DNA of 63,244 bases, the filler included, from Rhabdomonas costata (Eukaryota): NCBI GenBank assembly GCA_019059605.1. It is 41 parts of 41 records of this genome, joined end to end, with 100 filler letters (N's around TTAATTAATTAA, not from the genome) between each part and the next. Parts side by side here need not be neighbours in the genome. Positions count along the whole stretch, not along the records: positions 58,711 to 60,155 come from JAHMHO010015782.1; positions 60,256 to 61,699 come from JAHMHO010015783.1; positions 61,800 to 63,244 come from JAHMHO010015784.1; 38 more parts are not named here. One strand, written 5' to 3'. The notes beneath the pieces were generated by a model. It was given only the letters and a program-made list of their open reading frames with translations, did not search any database and was not told the DNA's origin. Positions 58,912 through 63,244 of the stretch are shown piece after piece (the stretch's first letter is position 1; each line of letters opens with the position of its first letter). A program made the position numbers and the translations under genes.

Positions 58912-60106
58912 ATCCGAGGCGAGCTGTTCCCTCGACGGCTGACCCGCCTCGACGACAGCTCGGTAGAGCTTCTGGCACGTGCCTTGCGAGACAACCACTA
59001 TGTCAGGACGCTGAACCTCTCCTACCAGAAGTATGTACATCCCAACTCTCTCTTTCCCTCTGATTGCGTTTGTTTGGTGGCTAAGATTCATTTCTCACTC
59101 GCTCAAGGTGGATATAGTATAGACCATAATGTAACCCATTTCTGTCCTCGTTCCCCGTACGCTTCGTTTTGCCGCTGTCCTATCAAGTATTACCGTGTGC
59201 TGCTGCTGCTGCTGCTGCTAGTGCTTTTGATTTTCGATGTTGATATCCATGGTAGTGGACGTGTTGGGACATCTTTGAACATCTTTGAAACTCCTTCCAG
59301 ATAAACTCTGGTATTTTCTGCATCATATGAAACTTTTTCTCTTCTCACCGTGATTTTCAGTCTGACGGATGCCGGTGTACTGCACTTGGAAGAGATGCTG
59401 AGATACAACCGCAGGTGTATTCCTTTCTGCCTCTACGGCAGTTCCCACCGTTCTTCTTCCTTGCCAATCTGACGACTGACTTGCCTGCGCTATTTTCGAC
59501 CGAGGATAGTGGCAGGAGGACATTTCTCTCTCTGTGTATGTCTCGCTCTCTATCTCTGCAACTGCACACTTACAGCATCACCTCCCTGGACCTCAGCCAC
59601 AACCCGGGGCTCACCAACGAGGCCGTGCAGGCGCTCATCCGCGCGGCGGCGGCCAACGACGTGCTGCAGGAGGCCATCATGGTGGGCGCGGCCGGGGTCT
59701 CGGAGAACTGGAGGAGGGAGCTCGCCCGAGCCGTTCAGATCAACACTTGTGCGCCCCCCCTCCCCTCCTCCCACACACACGCCGGTGGTTTGCCAGGGGT
59801 ATACTCACGTGGAGACGAGTGAGGGCGGGCTGTACAATGGTGGGGAACTGTTGAAGCTGGCAGATAAGGCCACTTGATAGACCCCCGCCTTGGGCCTATA
59901 GGCCACAATATACCAGGGTGCCCGTATACCCGGAACGCACCTACATCCTGGTGTACAACTGCACTGGTGGACTGTGGCTTTGTACTGTTGCTGAGCTGTG
60001 CCTACCCGCCTGCGTCACTGTTGCAGATCCGTTGCCTCTGAAGCGGTGTCTGCCTCGGCTCCTGAACGACGACTCTGCGCTGAGGACGCTTAGCTTCACT
60101 AACTCA
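58912..60106 (+). CDS. Leucine-rich-repeat (RI-like) protein; four exons
   Basis: ~58912-59030 (LARALRDNHYVRTLNLSYQN), 59361-59414 (LTDAGV..L..ML.YNRS), 59576-59748 (ITSLDLSHNPGL) and 60027-60106 (YPLPLKRCLPRLLNDDSALRTL) are all phase-compatible GT-AG. Confidence 0.85.
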
Positions 60107-60622
60107 GTGAGGTACTGGCCCTTTCTCAACTTCATCGCCCCCAAACACACAACACNNNNNNNNNNNNNNNNNNNNNNNNNNNNNNNNNNNNNNNNNNNNT
60201 TAATTAATTAANNNNNNNNNNNNNNNNNNNNNNNNNNNNNNNNNNNNNNNNNNNNGTGTTGTGTGGCAGGACGGCGATGCGCGCTGGCTGATGCGGATCT
60301 TCGGTTCTTTGGTTGTCCTTCGGCCTGCCGCGATGCGTCCAGAGGCTGCTTATGGCGTGGAATCAAGGTTTCGCTGAAGTCCAGCTTCTCCAGCGTCTTC
60401 TTTGTGTTGTTTTAGCGCCCCAAATTTCTCGTTCCGCTCTCGTCGAGGGCAATCGTGCATCATGTGAATTGGTGGATGGCAAGAAATCTTGAGCAGTTCT
60501 GTTAGGATTTCTCCAGCTGTTCGTGAAACGTGTTCTGCTTTAGGACGTTTCGCGAGAAAGACCACTCACAGACATGTTCATCCCAAAGCACCCCCCCCCT
60601 CCCAAGCGCACGCACGCATCAC

Positions 60623-61331
60623 CTCCTCGTGGATCTCCACGAAGGACTTCGCAAGGGTCTCCCGCAGGGCCACTGGATCCCCTTTGTGCTTGGCGCGCAG
60701 CTCCCGGATCTCTACAAAGAGCTTCAGCAGGAGGTAATCGTACTCCGCGCGTAGCCGGTTCATCTGCTGCTTAGTCTCTTCAGAGGGCTGCCAAGAAAGT
60801 CACGGGCGTGATAACTGTCTTTTTAAAAAAGAGGCAATCGATATACAACCGCAGCACACCAACCGAAGCACAACCGTGATACGCTGTAACATGTTTTAGG
60901 CAGTGGTAGGCTGCAACGCGACACTTTGGGATCTTTCTGAGGCTTTCCCGTTGACTAATTTGGTTGGTCAATGGTGCCAGTCCACTTCTCATCGGTTCTG
61001 ATCGAATATCGAGAAGGAACTGGGGGCGTGTGGTCTGAGTAGGAGATCTCGGAAACACACTGGAAACAGATGGCTCTACATGGCTGAGGAAAGGCTGCAC
61101 AAGACGACACCGACGCAAAAGACACCGAGTATCAGGGAGGTGCAGGAGGAATGCAGATGTGAGTGGGATGGGGGGAGGGGTGAAGGGCGAACGTCTTTGG
61201 GCTGCAGCAGCTGCGCCGCCTTCAGGCAGTGCAGGGTGTCTGGGAAGAGGCCCTCGGAGAGATAGTACTGGGCCAACCACAGGCAGCTGCTCACCCACTG
61301 CCCGCGGTCGTACTTGTGCGTGCGGAGCTGC
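60623..61331 (-). CDS. KIFBP: KIF-binding protein (KBP)-like; two exons
   Basis: 61331-61193 (RQLRTHKYDRGQWVSSCLWLAQYYL...HCLKAA) matches the KBP pattern RQL....Y....W......L.Q.Y......HCL.AA; the next exon 60787-60623 is in phase. Confidence 0.7.
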
Positions 61332-63244
61332 CTGTGTCAAATGAATAAATGGAGGGGGGGGGCACAAGGCTCCAGGGGATAAGAGCGAGGATTTGTCGGA
61401 TCAGTTTAAAATACGTGAGAGCTTCAGGGGTATACTTTAGATGTTTTCTTTATACCAAATCCTCGTCATCAAAATTTCTCCTTTAATGCTATGTGGCTGC
61501 TTTTGGCAGAACTGTCATTTTCAGCTGCAAGTCTCGCCGAGGGTTGACATGATCCGCGCAACCACACACTTCTGAGGTTGCAAAAATTGCAGCAGACACC
61601 CTGCACGCCGTCAGTCGCTGGCACACGCACAAAGATATGCACACGGACCATTGCAAGGTGTACTGATAGCACGCCGCGGCCTCGCGGTCGCGGTTCTGGN
61701 NNNNNNNNNNNNNNNNNNNNNNNNNNNNNNNNNNNNNNNNNNNTTAATTAATTAANNNNNNNNNNNNNNNNNNNNNNNNNNNNNNNNNNNNNNNNNNNNG
61801 TGGCCGTGGCGGCGCCCTACCCCGAGCTGCAGCTGCGGATCACCGTACTGTACTTCGTGAGCATCTCAGCGGAGCATGCCGGGCTGGAGGAGGGGGCTGG
61901 AGTGCAAGCCCTTTCTGCCTCAGGTAAAATGAAAATAGTAGAGAAAATTGGAATGAGCACTCGCGGAGTTCAATCGCAAACGGTTTTGCCCGGAAAGGGT
62001 GTTTGTAGATTTTTAGACGGGGTTACCAGACTCTCGCACGTCATGGGTGAGGATGGAGGAAGGGGCCGGTGGTTGTCCCCCACTGTTCCGGCTTGCTCTT
62101 CCAGGAAATCGCGGGGAAACTCCTTGTCGCCGTACGCGCTTATTCCAGTGTGCTAGGGAAGTTGTGTGGCCTTCTATTTTTTAAAGGTTTGGCCGACCTT
62201 CGGGGCAACGGGACCACACTCCATTTTCAGATAGACTAAAAAATGAAACATCCGGTCATCTATTGGTTGGTTGGTTGGGGGGTGCCAGCTGGTGCAAAAG
62301 ACTAACCGCAACGCTGTACGACCGCCACACTCTGTGTTCCAACGGGAGGTTGACCAGCACCATTGCTGAACTGGCCTTTTGCTTAGCAGAGGTGGTGCGT
62401 GAGGATTCCAAAATGTGAAGAATTTTTTTTACAACAAAAAACACAAGAGGTCACTACGCTACTGGGGAGAGGCATGAGAAAAGGGCGTGTGAAGGGGAGG
62501 TTTGACAGGGAAAGAAGAGGCAAAGCACCGGAGGGGAATGAACCAGGGAGAGGGAGAATACGTGCGGAAAAATAGGCAGAGGGAAGGAGAGATGAGAGAG
62601 CGACGGCCAGAACGAAAAAATGTGGATAAAGACTGGAGAGGAAGCCAATGGTGCCACGGGATGGGAATTCACACAGAGTTCGTGGATATGACGGACAGAA
62701 CGAAATAAGGAGTGAGAGCGGTTGAGAGAGGAAAGGAAAAGGGGGAGGGAGGAGGGGAGAGGATGCAATGGTTCGTGTGGAGTTCTGCGTGTGCGTGTGT
62801 TTGAGTGTGCTGTGTGGTAACAGTGTCCCCACAAGGGTCACTGTTTGAACAAATTGTGCGCACATTCCGTGGATCTATCTCAGCCTTGCCTTTGGAGGGT
62901 GAGATCGAGGAGGCAGAAGCAATTTAAACGTTAATCATCCCCTTCTCCTCCCCTCCCCCCACTTTTTTTTTGCAAGTTAACGGCTCTTTTTGAGTCCCCG
63001 AGGAGATTGCTCAAGCGACCGAAGGAATTCATGGTGCAGTAACGAATTTCGGAGAAAGGACTGTGTATCACTCTCATAAGAGCTCAGCGAGAAGTCTCAG
63101 AAAGTTTTGGAATTTTTTCTTGGTGCTTGTCGCGGTTGCTTTTTCTTCTGCACGCCTAGGTTGGCCCTCCCGTGAACTGTGGCAGCAGTTCGTGGGGTTC
63201 ACCGGGATCGCCGACGCCACGTACCAAGTTCGACCCCCCCCAAC

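Noticed and set aside
1447-61799. Regularly spaced TTAATTAATTAA motif and ORFs ending in X...LIN
   Set aside because: Artificial concatenation linker, not a biological array; gene neighbourhoods across it are meaningless.

Overview
This is not a continuous locus. It is 41 unrelated contigs of about 1.44 kb each, joined by an artificial 100-bp spacer (44 N + TTAATTAATTAA + 44 N), so adjacency between contigs means nothing. Most contig ends are G/T-only at the 5' side and A/C-only at the 3' side, which points to whole-genome-amplification primer remnants. Most contigs come from an intron-rich eukaryote, most plausibly a euglenid (inference). Exons I could splice by hand encode JMJD5-like, prefoldin 4, mitochondrial uL30, TrhO-type rhodanese, dCache and HAMP receptor pieces, a Sushi domain, a DEAH helicase, ankyrin, Notchless, WWE, KIF-binding protein and LRR proteins; there are also an intronless FkbM-like methyltransferase and a long glycosyltransferase-like first exon. 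Decayed mobile elements include a non-LTR RT, a Merlin/ISXO2 transposase, a Penelope-like RT and MITE-like elements. The most interesting points are: (i) one very AT-rich intronless contig with two tandem papain-like proteases that looks like giant-virus DNA; (ii) 3 of about 23 frame-supported introns use weak GC donors; (iii) two contigs that splice in phase into one dCache-TM-HAMP receptor; (iv) recurrent fold-back hairpins at contig ends. All family calls come from motif recognition by eye; no searches were run.
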